Source: Monocercomonoides exilis PA203
Lineage: Eukaryota; Protista; Preaxostyla
Direction of reading: 5' to 3'
NCBI GenBank assembly: GCA_001643675.2
Contig: LSRY02000012.1
Location: forward strand, 1,488,001-1,552,000
DNA length: 64,000 nt
Of this stretch, positions 51,201-61,000 are shown one piece after another (position 1 is the first letter of the stretch; each line of letters starts with the position of its first letter). Made by a program: the position numbers and the translations under genes. Under the pieces are notes generated by a model, which did no database searches, was not told the DNA's origin, and saw only the letters and a program-made list of their open reading frames with translations.

Positions 51201-52993
51201 TCGAATTCTGTGTGCACCCCACCTGCAAGCATGAGGGTGCAGTTGCTGTTCGTTGTTTCGTGCGTGATTGCAAACTTGATAGACCTGCATCCAGATGCCT
51301 CGCTTCTTCCACACCACAAATCATCAGTTCCTGTATTCCCCACCACTATCCGTGTAATGCAACCATGTGGCAACCACTCATCAACAAAGTCGCTTGTGGA
51401 TTCATCAACAAGGTGATACACTCTTCTGGATTCCGATGTGAGTGAAAACGAACTGACAAATGGAGAAGAATTGATTCTATTGTTCGGATCTTCTATACAC
51501 ACATCCATTCCGAATTCTGATGCAGCGTTCCCAGAAAAGAAGAAGAAATATAAGAACCGGTCCGGTGCGATAGAACTGACTTGAAGCAAAAGTCCTCCTC
51601 CTTTCGCATTCGTAAAACAGTTTCGTATCATAATTTCGCTAAATTTCATTGTGTTATTATTCATATATCCAATAAAAAGGCCACCTCCACTTGGCGATGC
51701 ATCTGATCTGCAAGATGAAATGGATAGATTCCATGTGCATGCTTTGCTTTGATCAAAGAAACATTGATCAGAATTAGTAACTTCATAATTATCATATGAA
51801 AGTCCACCGCCATATTTTGTTTCGCAGTCATGAATGAAATTGGACGAAACAACTCTGCTTATTAAATGAATATATGTTTGAATGGCCCCGCCATAATTGC
51901 CAGATGAACATTTCATAAAACTGCTGTTACAAATTGAAACAGAATTAATCATGACGATGTATAAAGCCCCACCAGAACTTTCGGATACGCAGTTATCAAA
52001 AAAACATGATTCAATATTGATGTCTGAACTTTGGTTGACGCATCTGATTGCGCCACCTACAGATCCTGTTGTTGAATGCCATTCGCAACTTACAAAAGAA
52101 ACAGATCCCAATGTCTCGTTGTTGTCAAAATGCTTCATCGTCGTATTGTTTGCGTATTCTTGATTATTGCACGTAAAATGTGCGGATCGGCTGAATGAAG
52201 TGTTGAAGGAATGGTGAAGCGAAGGTGGATCGTTGATGGATTCGACAATCCAACCGTAAAATGCATTGTCAACCATATCGAAGAGGCAGCTCGAAATCCT
52301 GGTGGAGCATTTGTATAGAGTTCCAGTTGTACTGCTTTTAAGAAACTGGCCCCATGAAATATTCATGAACTCTACGCTTGTGAGCTGAAGGCTGCTCACA
52401 GTTGTTTGAGGGAAAAACGGAATGAAAGATAGTACAAACGATGAAAAAGACGAACATGCAACCTCCGCTATTCCATCGCCTTGTGGATGCATAGGGGACG
52501 CAAAGAAGGGAGGTAGTGGACTTGATGTGCGAGCTGAAGAAGCAAAAGTTATGTTCGAAAATCGTGAAACTCCAGACAAACACATGAACAGAGCCTTTGA
52601 CTCTTTCTCCCAATTTGTAATTATGCACGAAAATATTTGAATAAAAGGATTCTCAGAAATTGCCAGCAGGATGATGCGTTGATTTGCGTGAAAAGCCAGA
52701 CATGAAGCAGTTAATGAAGAGTTGATTACCAAAAGAGTGGACGACACAGCAGGCCCATTTGTTATTGGATGCGGGTGCTGTTCTTGTTGTGTGGAGATGT
52801 TGTGACTGCTGTGTCCATTGACCGAGTCCGAGTGAAGGCCAGGATTTTTTTTATTTTCTGAGCATTGTGCTGGACACTGAAACAAATCTGGTCTTTGAGT
52901 GAATGATGGAATGATATTTGTATTATCCACACAAGCAAAGAAGGTTAGCAGAACAAAGAAGCACAAAAAGAAAAAATGCCTGCTTTTGAGCAT
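45227..52993 (-). CDS. Large type I membrane protein: signal peptide, pectin-lyase-like beta-helix repeats, TM helix, degenerate kinase-like tail (~2,588 aa)
   Basis: Intronless ORF with a hydrophobic N-terminus from the ATG at 52993. Repeated GGA(I/L), FxxNxA..G.D(V/I) and G.D...CG....(P)C motifs; TM WWILVVIVMAIVLFVVLMIAVI; C-lobe motifs RWKAPELL and FSIGMMLWECLT..IPF. Confidence 0.85.
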   Translation of the reverse strand: MLKSRHFFFLCFFVLLTFFACVDNTNIIPSFTQRPDLFQCPAQCSENKKNPGLHSDSVNGHSSHNISTQQEQHPHPITNGPAVSSTLLVINSSLTASCLAFHANQRIILLAISENPFIQIFSCIITNWEKESKALFMCLSGVSRFSNITFASSARTSSPLPPFFASPMHPQGDGIAEVACSSFSSFVLSFIPFFPQTTVSSLQLTSVEFMNISWGQFLKSSTTGTLYKCSTRISSCLFDMVDNAFYGWIVESINDPPSLHHSFNTSFSRSAHFTCNNQEYANNTTMKHFDNNETLGSVSFVSCEWHSTTGSVGGAIRCVNQSSDINIESCFFDNCVSESSGGALYIVMINSVSICNSSFMKCSSGNYGGAIQTYIHLISRVVSSNFIHDCETKYGGGLSYDNYEVTNSDQCFFDQSKACTWNLSISSCRSDASPSGGGLFIGYMNNNTMKFSEIMIRNCFTNAKGGGLLLQVSSIAPDRFLYFFFFSGNAASEFGMDVCIEDPNNRINSSPFVSSFSLTSESRRVYHLVDESTSDFVDEWLPHGCITRIVVGNTGTDDLWCGRSEASGCRSIKFAITHETTNSNCTLMLAGGVHTEFDSEGVNIGSKLVAIVGSTQPGCACVMSPTQIGNSCWLFSVSSGSLSVSSVNVVHGSNSGSGLFRVSGDTGVISLYQMTISSDGSQIFGCSMLHASSGMMKLKHCIVESIRLNNKPLFTLNSPHALAAEDVRFGGISRQKGDGTVIELSVEEDDALILNNISFSQCCCEEGSGGCLSVRVKHKGTLKIGNFSVVEFALCCAQRGASGMEGRGGCAYVNLESKDVHFELLLVQFSGNNAVEGRDVFVKCIQLNSTITPTSISASLFEENEIQLGDMMGTDIDSFSTPVDLHLFVVHTKRRRVCVSNTGYDVIGCGAAEYPCSSFWRGFRNTVEQSADTELIELSILNSATVEDHYDATALSVDSSDSDTQITLSISPYLHSVIPGAGSNPVPESDVEHVMRNVGKFVLKNVEMLLPEELKSNVRWILRSVTGTLECHTCTFSSTRNVERSFKLIFASGGTVKLIKCIVAGMEFGSEPLVLQCSCSIVNCTFQSIDTGIVADGGACNARLTGTELIEIRNATSRRCKCSARNGKGGFLRLECNESEVSLPFHFESITFDENNASVGMNIYLCAQNLNSSVTDETFSFDYAQFSNNPNMFVGEDSDFKGIDLLLFLVKHVSGDVHVSKEGADLKRCGSLEWPCKTLWEGLRHLDRNEIALNLLVESDEEIKCTLDVSGVSIIGSNGRSSTTAEEEEEEDENITSSIMFLSPSMDEDNTLLWNKDKMEMRRINVLVACNFENREKAAVVNEGDCLRIEKCSFGAVGNSTEAVECMFLSMKKGSADILSFRVWPLHLGRGLLEIQRGSKCCVSGFELSSVIVVSGSIFQMLLENGGGRNENEDGDISVLSIVNSTIESLTSLDEKAGFVWCEEGGSGTAVDVNETKMTECKTRGSDRGGSVMIDMGKGGFISVNRSEVGNCECSGESGMGGGVYVRSVEEGELKCVFEKCTFSGNKALVGRDIFVECFDIDEQINESQFRLDFRDSEYYLVNAIFGMDSKHHKTPIDLIELIIVYQNDVILVSAAEGKGGKDERQCGRQKTPCLTVNYGVTHLTNDVVSQLVVDKESLVARVLKLEDIMIVSRSAEQCKVAIDVGGIDAGESCITHKNYVSYVRVDFVIKCGFSESFVCIFKVEKGETMFQDCLFEEEAQRSLIGLECPLIDIYGGSLVIDQSEVVGLCTRCCLFLIHPSLSTNVSIRDWKMHNATSVAQPLLFVEHEAQLAGIATEFSTSVRLEHCSLSAMRHKSTGSSFVSSNDSSACIHLSNCSYSGMVVEQNEGCMISVADCTEIVLDACFIGKCGEENKKEGKINTEEENEICQWKGSLVALTRCQAELIDTTITNSTQGALSISGGNVNITMGMFVNNTPSLPQYPSARRNVVCTSSAVVDVVSLKGGDGLKDNSSLWILNDGCTLKGLASDRPSALFVPELREVQMEVEGTQAKLRFVGELLLPCNLSCQLVRSLRSEQHIERHEFGEDGFVDEHEAWCAIFSSEVEPETEAEEESEEVRVCLLFGNADSPSSTQSFILKNRSETKAKGDERIAEGGNEKKSWWILVVIVMAIVLFVVLMIAVISTVRWRKVKNEAEDLREIVNDNIRKDPKTFEMVTMEMSPEDQWRRAEREAEKKNEERIKKRIYDTNMEHSESSEHLLSESGSTEYILGRDSDKIPQWMLEKVDEKEDEEDKRKRTPSPSISSTSTTDTSDTESTFVRSENLCPTTSSMSNLVDAMACSSPHEKLIVDLRDSLFMLFHGRNEKKEMAIGTLEEREMTAAQILFWVANLALHSFDEMENPLQSLANLSPHIVIFSEHMVICIVMHSDFSSDDSDSSSISSSTVITSASDDEDSLPSSAFEDEDDFKKECLRWKAPELLINKKMGATKESASFSIGMMLWECLTLQIPFGDYETDVAGQKIVNGERPNFEKISTSSMENVAKCCLSGYAPQRPTLTLLKREFIQRFPPGAAVLTMTDAVECNSGCYRESERTEDLESRSVLENRVNSEN

Positions 52994-53714
52994 CACAAAG
53001 ATGTGATTGATCGAAACCAAATAATCAAATTAAAATTTGAAAATTTTTACTTTTGGTGTAAATTTTGATTCCTTAATCAACTGAATTTTTCAAAAAGCAA
53101 TCATTGATATTGTTTACTTAACAATTAAAAACATCTTCATTTTTTTGACTCAAGAATATGGAAATAAGAATAGTGCAAAAAGTTGAAAATCATAACTTTG
53201 TTTTTTCTGCTTTGTAATTTTTAATAATTTTTGTAAGTTTTTTCATTTATTTTGCAATCAATGATTTTCTATGAATTTATCAGTGTGAATTCATTTAAAA
53301 AAATAATTATGTGAATCATTATTTTCAAGACATAAAGATATTGTTGACAAATTGTGAAGGATCTGAATTGAAGCATATACAAATATTTTGAATGATTGGT
53401 TCTGATTTTTATAGGTTCATATTTTTATTATTATTGTCATTTTTTAATAATTATCTTGAGACAAAAATGCATTTCATTTTCACAAGTAATTAACAAAGAA
53501 TTTGCTGAATCACAAAACAAAGATCTTGTGAATCTTTTTACAATTTAATTCATAATAATGTTTACAAAAAACACATGCCATAATTATATAAACAGCTAAT
53601 CATTTCCCAAGAAAATTTTTATTCTGATCAATCATATGTAATAAAACTTTTGAAAGGAAAAAACTCATTTATTTTTCTGTTTTTTTGGAATTTTCTTGAG
53701 GAAGCAAAAGCAGG

Positions 53715-54451
53715 ATGCTGAGTCTGAAGCGGTTTATGAAGTGGGCGGGGATTGCGTTTTTTGTGGGGTTTGTGTACTGCGGAGCGACGGCAGGGCTGCA
53801 GACGTGGGAGGAGGCGAAGATTAGCGGGCGGAAAAGCGCCGGGGCGGTGGCGGAGCTGGCCGGGATGAATGCGTTCTCGTTTGTGGCGGTGTCGTTCTTG
53901 ATCATGGCGGGGATGTGCGGGGTTGTGTGGTGTGTCTCGGGGGAGCGGGATTTGGTGTTTCTTTTTTTCTTTTTTTCTTCTTCTTTTTGCGTCTCTCGCT
54001 TTTATTTTCGAAAAGGCAACGCAAAACGGATGGCTGGTTTATTTTGTTTCAATTTTTTATTTTTATTTTTATTTTAATTTTTCAATTTGTTTGATAATTC
54101 CTTTCATGTGTTCACATCAATTTTTTTCTTTTCTTTTTTCTTTTCTTTTTTTGGTTTGTTTCATGTTCTGTTTCTTTGCTGGGGCTGGCCTTGTTTTTTT
54201 GGGAACTGATTGCTTTGGTTACGCGGTGATGGGGTGGCTTTCGCATTGTGTTCTGTGGATGTGGGCTTTTGGGGGTGTGGAATGTGTGGTGGGGCTGATG
54301 TGGGGTGTGCTGGACTTGTGTGGATGCGGGCTTTGTGGGGTGTGGAATGTGTGGAACGGAATGGGCCAGGCGATATGCGCCAACGCCTTATGAGCTGCCG
54401 GCGTATCTGAAGAAGCGGATGCAGAGCGGGTGGAAGTTCAAGGCAGAGTAG
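53715..54451 (+). CDS. Small two-TM hypothetical membrane protein (~114 aa), copy 2, 3 exons
   Basis: Model 53715-53956, 54016-54036 and 54370-54451 gives MLSLKRFMKWAGIAFFVGFVYC...SGERDLVQRKTDGWRYAPTPYELPAYLKKRMQSGWKFKAE*, using GTTT donors and AAG/CAG acceptors. Confidence 0.55.
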
Positions 54452-54826
54452 GTGGGGCAGAGGCGCAGGGGCGGAGGGAGTGTTTGCTGGGCAGCAGGAA
54501 AGGGGTTTGGGGAGAGTGGCTGCTCTCGAGGCAGCGATTGGAGCCTTCCCGGGAAGCAGAATATATCTGCCTCTGCAGCTGTTGCGCTTCCTCCTTCCCT
54601 TTTTCCCCCCTGGATGCATTCACGCTGCTCGAAGGACTGCAAGCCCGCAATGCTTCAGCCCGCTGCACAACATCTGAGAAAGAAAGATAGATAGATAGAT
54701 AGAAAGAAAGATTGATTGATTGATTGATTGACAGTCAGAGTTCAGAAGATAGAGAGGACAAACGAACAGACAAAATCATCAGCAAATGATGTTGAATGAG
54801 ACCTCTCCCGAAAAGCAAAGTGCGCG

Positions 54827-54931
54827 CATCCACTCAGGTCTGCTCGGGCTTACTTATCTCTGGGAGCCGTTTTGCTGTGCTGGATGGCTCTCCATCACTC
54901 CATGCAAACAAGACTGAATCATCAATGGATG
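54827..54931 (-). ncRNA. Candidate box C/D snoRNA (copy 2)
   Basis: Mirror of 38205-38309 with one substitution at 54842. Confidence 0.7.
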
Positions 54932-55089
54932 ATAGGGGAAATACTGCAATTGATGATAAATATTTTTATTTAACATTTTAGATTTTCTTTTATAAAATCG
55001 TTTATTCAATAAAAACAATGAAATGTAACTGATAATATTTTTTAAAGAAAATAGAAGATCAAATGTAGATTAATCCGTAATTGCAAACA

Positions 55090-58000
55090 AAAAATTAAGT
55101 ATTTTGAAGCTCAAGATAATTTTACGGAGTAATGTGTGCAACTTTCAACAAAATTTTGCTTCATATTATTTTTTTGCTTGAAATCATTCTGCTTTGCTGT
55201 TTTTGAAGGAATATTATTAAAAAGGGTTCCAATATCACAATCCAAATTCCAGATACACGCATCAAAAGCTTTCCACATTACCCACCATTGTTTACATCTT
55301 TTGAAACTCAGATTCCTGTTTATAAGGCGACTGCGTATACTTGGCAACTTAATGGTAAAAACATATTTTCTTTTCTTTGTTGAAACTTTTTGTCTTATTC
55401 CAAAACTATAATAATTTTTATATTTTAGAATTACTCAATCAAGCACGAGGAGAAGATTCTGAAACGCAACACGGTATTTTGAACGCTGCTCATGCAATTT
55501 TAAAGAGTTTAAATGAAAAGGAACTTTCTCAAACATTTCGAGCACCAATGGTTCGGAAATTGTACCTCATTGGAGCCTGTGCAAAACCAGATATAGTTGC
55601 TCATGTTTTGGCAATTCTTAGTGATCTTGTTTTTATTGCTTCGACAAAAGCAAGCCATTGGGGATACAATTATCTGAATGAAGCTTTCGAACTGTCATTC
55701 GTGAGAGCATCGATGCAAGCTCATTTAATGACTCTTAGCGAACGATATGGTGTTGATGGCAAATATGTTGATGATGGAGCAGAAATGATCATTAAACCCT
55801 ACGACACGTCTATTCCTTCAACTCCATATTACGGACTTCCAATGAAAAAATGCTTTTGTACACGAGTGATTCGGCAACGCTTGGCAGTGATGCTGGCACT
55901 GATGACAAAAGGTGAAGTGCCCACTTTAGGATTGATGAGGGTGGTTGCCAGTGGCGTTACTGACGCTCTCTTACATCCGCAGACTGACGGGGATGATGCA
56001 ATGGGGGAAATAGCAAAGTCAATATACGCCGTCGCTTGTATAGCCACTAGAATGAGTTTGATTCAACTTTGTCTTTTTGTTGTGAATTTGTTATGATCAT
56101 TATAACTTTTTCTGAAATTTTAATAATTTCTAATTTCAATCAAAACAATAATCAATCATTTTCCAACATTTCCCTCATTAATCGCATCAAACTCACAAAC
56201 AATTCACAATCACACATTTCATTTATTTTCCCCATCATTTTCTTTCAGGAAACCTGCATGTCCTGCACTCCTTCACAGTGCACTACATCCTCGTCCCTTT
56301 TGTCCGCCTTGTTCCCCTCTCTGTTGGCGAAGAGCAAGTTACGGTCGAATGTCTAAGAGCTTTCTCGTGGATGGCGTTTTCTGACCAGTCGGCGTCGTCG
56401 TACCTGTTCCTCTCCACCAACGTGTTCCAGTACCTCATGCGGCTGCTGGGTGCTGTGAAGGTGGAGAAAGAGGGGGACAGAAGACTGCGGGTGAAGACAG
56501 GGCGGAAGGGGTGGTGGTACAACGGAGAGGTCGATGCAGATGCGCTGCTGGAGACGGTGGATGCGAAGAAGGAGCAGAAGGGGATATCCTGCAGAAGTAG
56601 AAGTAGAAGCAGAGGGAGAGGTGAGCAGGTGAAGAGAAAGGATAAGGAAAGCAGGTTAATGGAAGTGAAAGAGGGAGAAGAAGAAGAGGAAGAAGAAGAA
56701 AGAGAAGGAAAAATGGCTGATAAAGTTAAGAGCGATATAGTTGAGACAATAATTAGTTCCAATGCTGAAGGAAAGGTTGATGAAAAGAAAATAGGAATTG
56801 TTGGAAACGAAAGCAAAACATTCAACCAGTCATCAAAAGGAGATGAGAGATTCGATCAAGCAAATTCAATTGAAGCTGTTCCAACTGTTATGAAGCCAGA
56901 CGAAGAGAATCTTGGGTGTTTGAAAGAAAAAGATAAAGAAAATGAAAAAGAAGCCGTCGATCAAATAGAACAGGCTAACACAACTGGACAAAACATCATT
57001 TCAACAATCGAACCAGCAACCAAAGCAGAAAGAGGTGAAAGCGGCGAAAGAAGTGAAAGAGATGAAAGAGACAGAAACAGCAACCAGAAGCGGCAGCACA
57101 CTCTGCATGCGTCTCTGTCACCTGGCCGAATGCACACTCGCAATATGAGCGAGTCACCACAGCCACGATGTTCGAGTGCAGCGAGATATTCAGAGGAGAA
57201 GAAAGGGAAGAGGAAGAGGAACAGAGAGAAGGAGATCCTGGAGAGTGCGAAGAGGATGAATGCAGATGATAACAAGGGAGAAAGAATAAAGAAAAAGAAA
57301 GGAGAACACAAGTTTGCGAAGAGCATGTTCCGGCAGGTGCGGAAGCAGCTGTTTGACACCATTCAGACATACCAGCGGAGACCTGTCCTGAAAAAGGCGC
57401 TGAACAAAGAGGACGACGAAAAAGTGACTGTGATATATTCGCTAGGCGATGACAGGGTGGAACACACACTGAACAGAATGAGCGAAATGGAAAGCCAGCT
57501 GAAAAATAACACGAATAACAGCAATTGTGATGATGATGAAATTAATAGTCATAAAGAAGCAAACAAAGAAGGAGATGAAGATAATGTAACCAATTCAACA
57601 CAGAATCCACAAATGACATCAGACAAGTCGCTGTTCGATCTTGTTTCTTCTTCGATTTCGAAGTCTGTTGATTTCAATGCACAGCATCGTTTTTCCAACT
57701 TTCTGAAGCAGCCGATTGTCACAGCCAGCAGAAACAACACTTCAAACACAAAAGTCATCTTCACCACAGACCCTTCTTCTCTGTTCGGCAAGTCACTTGC
57801 TCCAACAACCCCTCCTCTGTCTGCTTCTGCTTCTGCTTCTTCCTCTTCTTCCTCTTCTTCCTCTTCTCAATCACCACCCTTCTCTTCTTCTCATCCTTCT
57901 TTCCCTTCTTCCCATCCAAAAGGCGTCCGATTCCTCAAAATTCGTCCACACGAAGTGTCTTTTGTGACGTCAGCTGACTTTCGAAAGAAGAATGTGGTGA

Positions 58001-61000
58001 AGATGATACACACAGAGCCTGTCAATCAGCTGGATCCAGAAAAGATCAGAGGAGTTGAAGATGAGGATGAGGATGAAGATGAAGAAGAAAAGAAAGAAAA
58101 AGAAGAAAAGGATAAAGAGAAAGGAAAAGATGATGGAGAGAAGATGAAAGAGGAAGGGGAGACAAACAAGAAAGGAAAGGTTGAGGAAGAGAAAAGAGAA
58201 ATATATGCCGAGAATGAACTGAAAGTGATCAATAATACAAATGAAAAGACAATTGAAGATGAAACAGAAGAGAAAAAATATTCAAAAACAGTCCAAAATG
58301 AAAAGAAAGACACCACAACAGAAACTGCACCTTCGTTCATTTCACCAACATTTCAGCACACTTCAACCTATCAGTCATTTACATCATCGTCATCTTCTTC
58401 TACTTCCTCTTCATCTGATTCTTATTCCTCAAATGTTTCCTTTTTTCCAATAAATAATCCAATTTCCATTTCAACTCCTTCATCATCATCATCATCATCT
58501 TCTTCTTCTTCTTCTTCTTTTGATTCTTCTCCCCCTTCTCCTCCTTTGCCTCTTTCTCCTTCTTCCTCTCAGTCTGTCTCTATCCCTCCCTCACTTCTTC
58601 CTCATCCTCTTCCTTCGACTTCATTCTTCACAAACAAAGAAAACATCTCATTTGCTTATTCCTCTTCTTCCTCTTCCTCTTCCTCTTCTTCCTTTTCCTC
58701 TTCTTCTTTTCCTTCTTCTTCAGTCAATCAATTCACTTCTTTCTCTTTTCCTCCTCTTTCTGTTCCTATCAAACAGGAGATGCAAACACCAAATCTTTCC
58801 ACTTCTTTCTTTGACTCACCTCAGCCACAAACAAACACACAAAACACTCAAATTAACACTCACTCATCTTCTCCTAATAATATAAACACTTTTGCTTCTT
58901 CTTCTTCTTCTTCTTCTTCATCTTCATCTTCATCTTCATCTTCCTCCTCCTCCTCCTCTTTCTTTTCTCCAGTCAGTTCACCCATTTCATCGCCCACATC
59001 CACAGTTGCCACAGCCACTGCACCTTCTTCCCCAAACTCTTCTTCTGTTCCATTCAAAAACCTTTCTCTTTCGCCTTTTCTTTCCACAACATTGTCTTCT
59101 TCTAATCCTCTTCTTTATTCCACCTCATCCTCATCCACGTCATCTCCTTCTCCTTCACCTTCTCCTTCTCCCTCCCTCTCCCCTTCTCCTTCTCCTTTAT
59201 CTTCTCATTTGCGTGTACCTCTTTCTCTGTCTGCTCCATCAACACCTGCCTCTTCACCACCTCCTCTTCTCTCTTCACAACCTTCGCTACCCTTTCTACC
59301 AAGCCTTTCTTCCTCCTCCTCTTCTTCAAAAACATCATCATCATCATCTTTATGTTCATCTCCTTTGATTGAAACACAACATCCACTTTCTCAACAGCCT
59401 GCTCCTTTGAACAGTCCTATTATTACTTCATCATCATCTTCTTCTTCAACTTCTTCAACCACAGTTTCTTTTGTCCAAGCCACAAATTCTCCAATCTCAA
59501 CGCAAAAACAAATCTTGCATTCTCATTCACTTTCTGCTTCACCATCATCATCATCATCTTCTTCTTCTTCTTCTCCTCCTCCTTTACTCTCTCCAAACAA
59601 TATCGACAAGCCATCATCTTCTCTTCCCTCTTCCCCATCAGACTCAGAATCCCCAGTCAAACAAACAACTTCCAAAGCACAGAATTCTGTCTCCTCAAAA
59701 CTGCAAGTGCTCAAACAGGCGTCGAATACCCTCTCCAAACAAGGGCGAGTGTATCATCCGAGTGTGGCGGTGGTGGAGAATGTGTTGTATCTGCTGAAGA
59801 TTATGATCGTCATCCTCCCTTCTGCTGTGCAGATCTTCATCAACAACCCGCTTTTGGTCGATAGAATCGTCACGTTGGCAACTGGGTGGAACGAGAAGAG
59901 GAGGAAGAGGAGCCAGAAGAGGATGGAGATGGTGGCAGAAGCGAGGGAGAGAATGGAAAACGAAAGAAGAGAACAAGTGGAAGTGCTTTCTGAATGTGCT
60001 TTTGTAACAAATGAAGAAGAAGAAATGATTGATGAGTCAGCTTTGGCGTTGTCATCATCATCATCTTCTTCTTCTTCTTCTTCTTCTTCTTCTTCTTCAA
60101 TGCAAAGCCAAAGCAACATATTGTCATTGAACAGAATAGAAAATACCAGAAATAATAACCCACCGCCAATCAAACGTTCATCGTCTGCTTCTTCCTCTCT
60201 TCCTCTCTTTGACCATCTCTTCCCTTTCACCATTCTTCTCCCTTCTCCTCTCAATCCATTTGGTGCTTCTCTCGTTTCCTCTTTCACTGATCCCTCCTCT
60301 TCTTTGTATCCATACCGCTCACTGCCTCGTGTTCCCCTTCCTTATCTTGTTCCTCCCTCTCTGCTGAAGAAGCAGAATGAGAAGGAAAGAGTTCAAAGGA
60401 GACAGAGGCAGATGGGGCTGGCAGGGGTGACACACAGAAGGATAGATGAGCAGCGAGTGATGAACAGAATCCGGGCAAGAAGAGAGAGAAGAGAAGAGAG
60501 AAGAAGAGAGAAGAGGAGAAGGGCGAGCGGAGAGAGAGAAAGAAAGAAGCACAAATTCGGCCTTGATGGAGCAGAATGTGCTGCGTCTTCTCCATCTCCC
60601 TCACCTCCCTTCTTCCACTCACACAACTCTGTTGGAACACGTGCACGCTCCCGAACATCGCACCATTCACACAACTTCCGCTCTTCCTCTGAGCAATGTG
60701 CTGCCCTTCCCTTTCGGCCGAACACATTTTCGCTACAATCAGACTCTTCTGTGCATTCAGCATCGTCTTTTTTGAGTCGCCCGCTGAGTCTGTCAGCTGT
60801 TGTTCCGCCATGCAATTGTCCTGTTGGATGTCCCTGTGATGGGCACTCGCCGTGTGGGTGCACGTGCCAGAAGGGAAGGAGAGAGAGGGAGAGGAGGATG
60901 ATTGAGAAGAGACAGAGAGAAGAGGAGAAGAAGGAGAAGGAGAGGAGAAGGATGGAGCACAGAGGGGAAGGAAATGAAGGGGAGGCTGGAGAGTGGGAGG

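Larger units (their letters stand above)
53637..54947. repeat. Copy 2 of the ~1.3-kb inverted duplication
   Basis: Reverse complement of 38189-39501; the few differences seen are near the ends and at 54842. Confidence 0.97.

Noticed and set aside
54836-54860. Resemblance of TCT(T/G)CTCGGGCTT to the U2 snRNA 5' end, suggesting a U2 gene
   Set aside because: No GTAGTA branch-pairing motif or Sm site follows; better explained as the antisense of a guide sequence.
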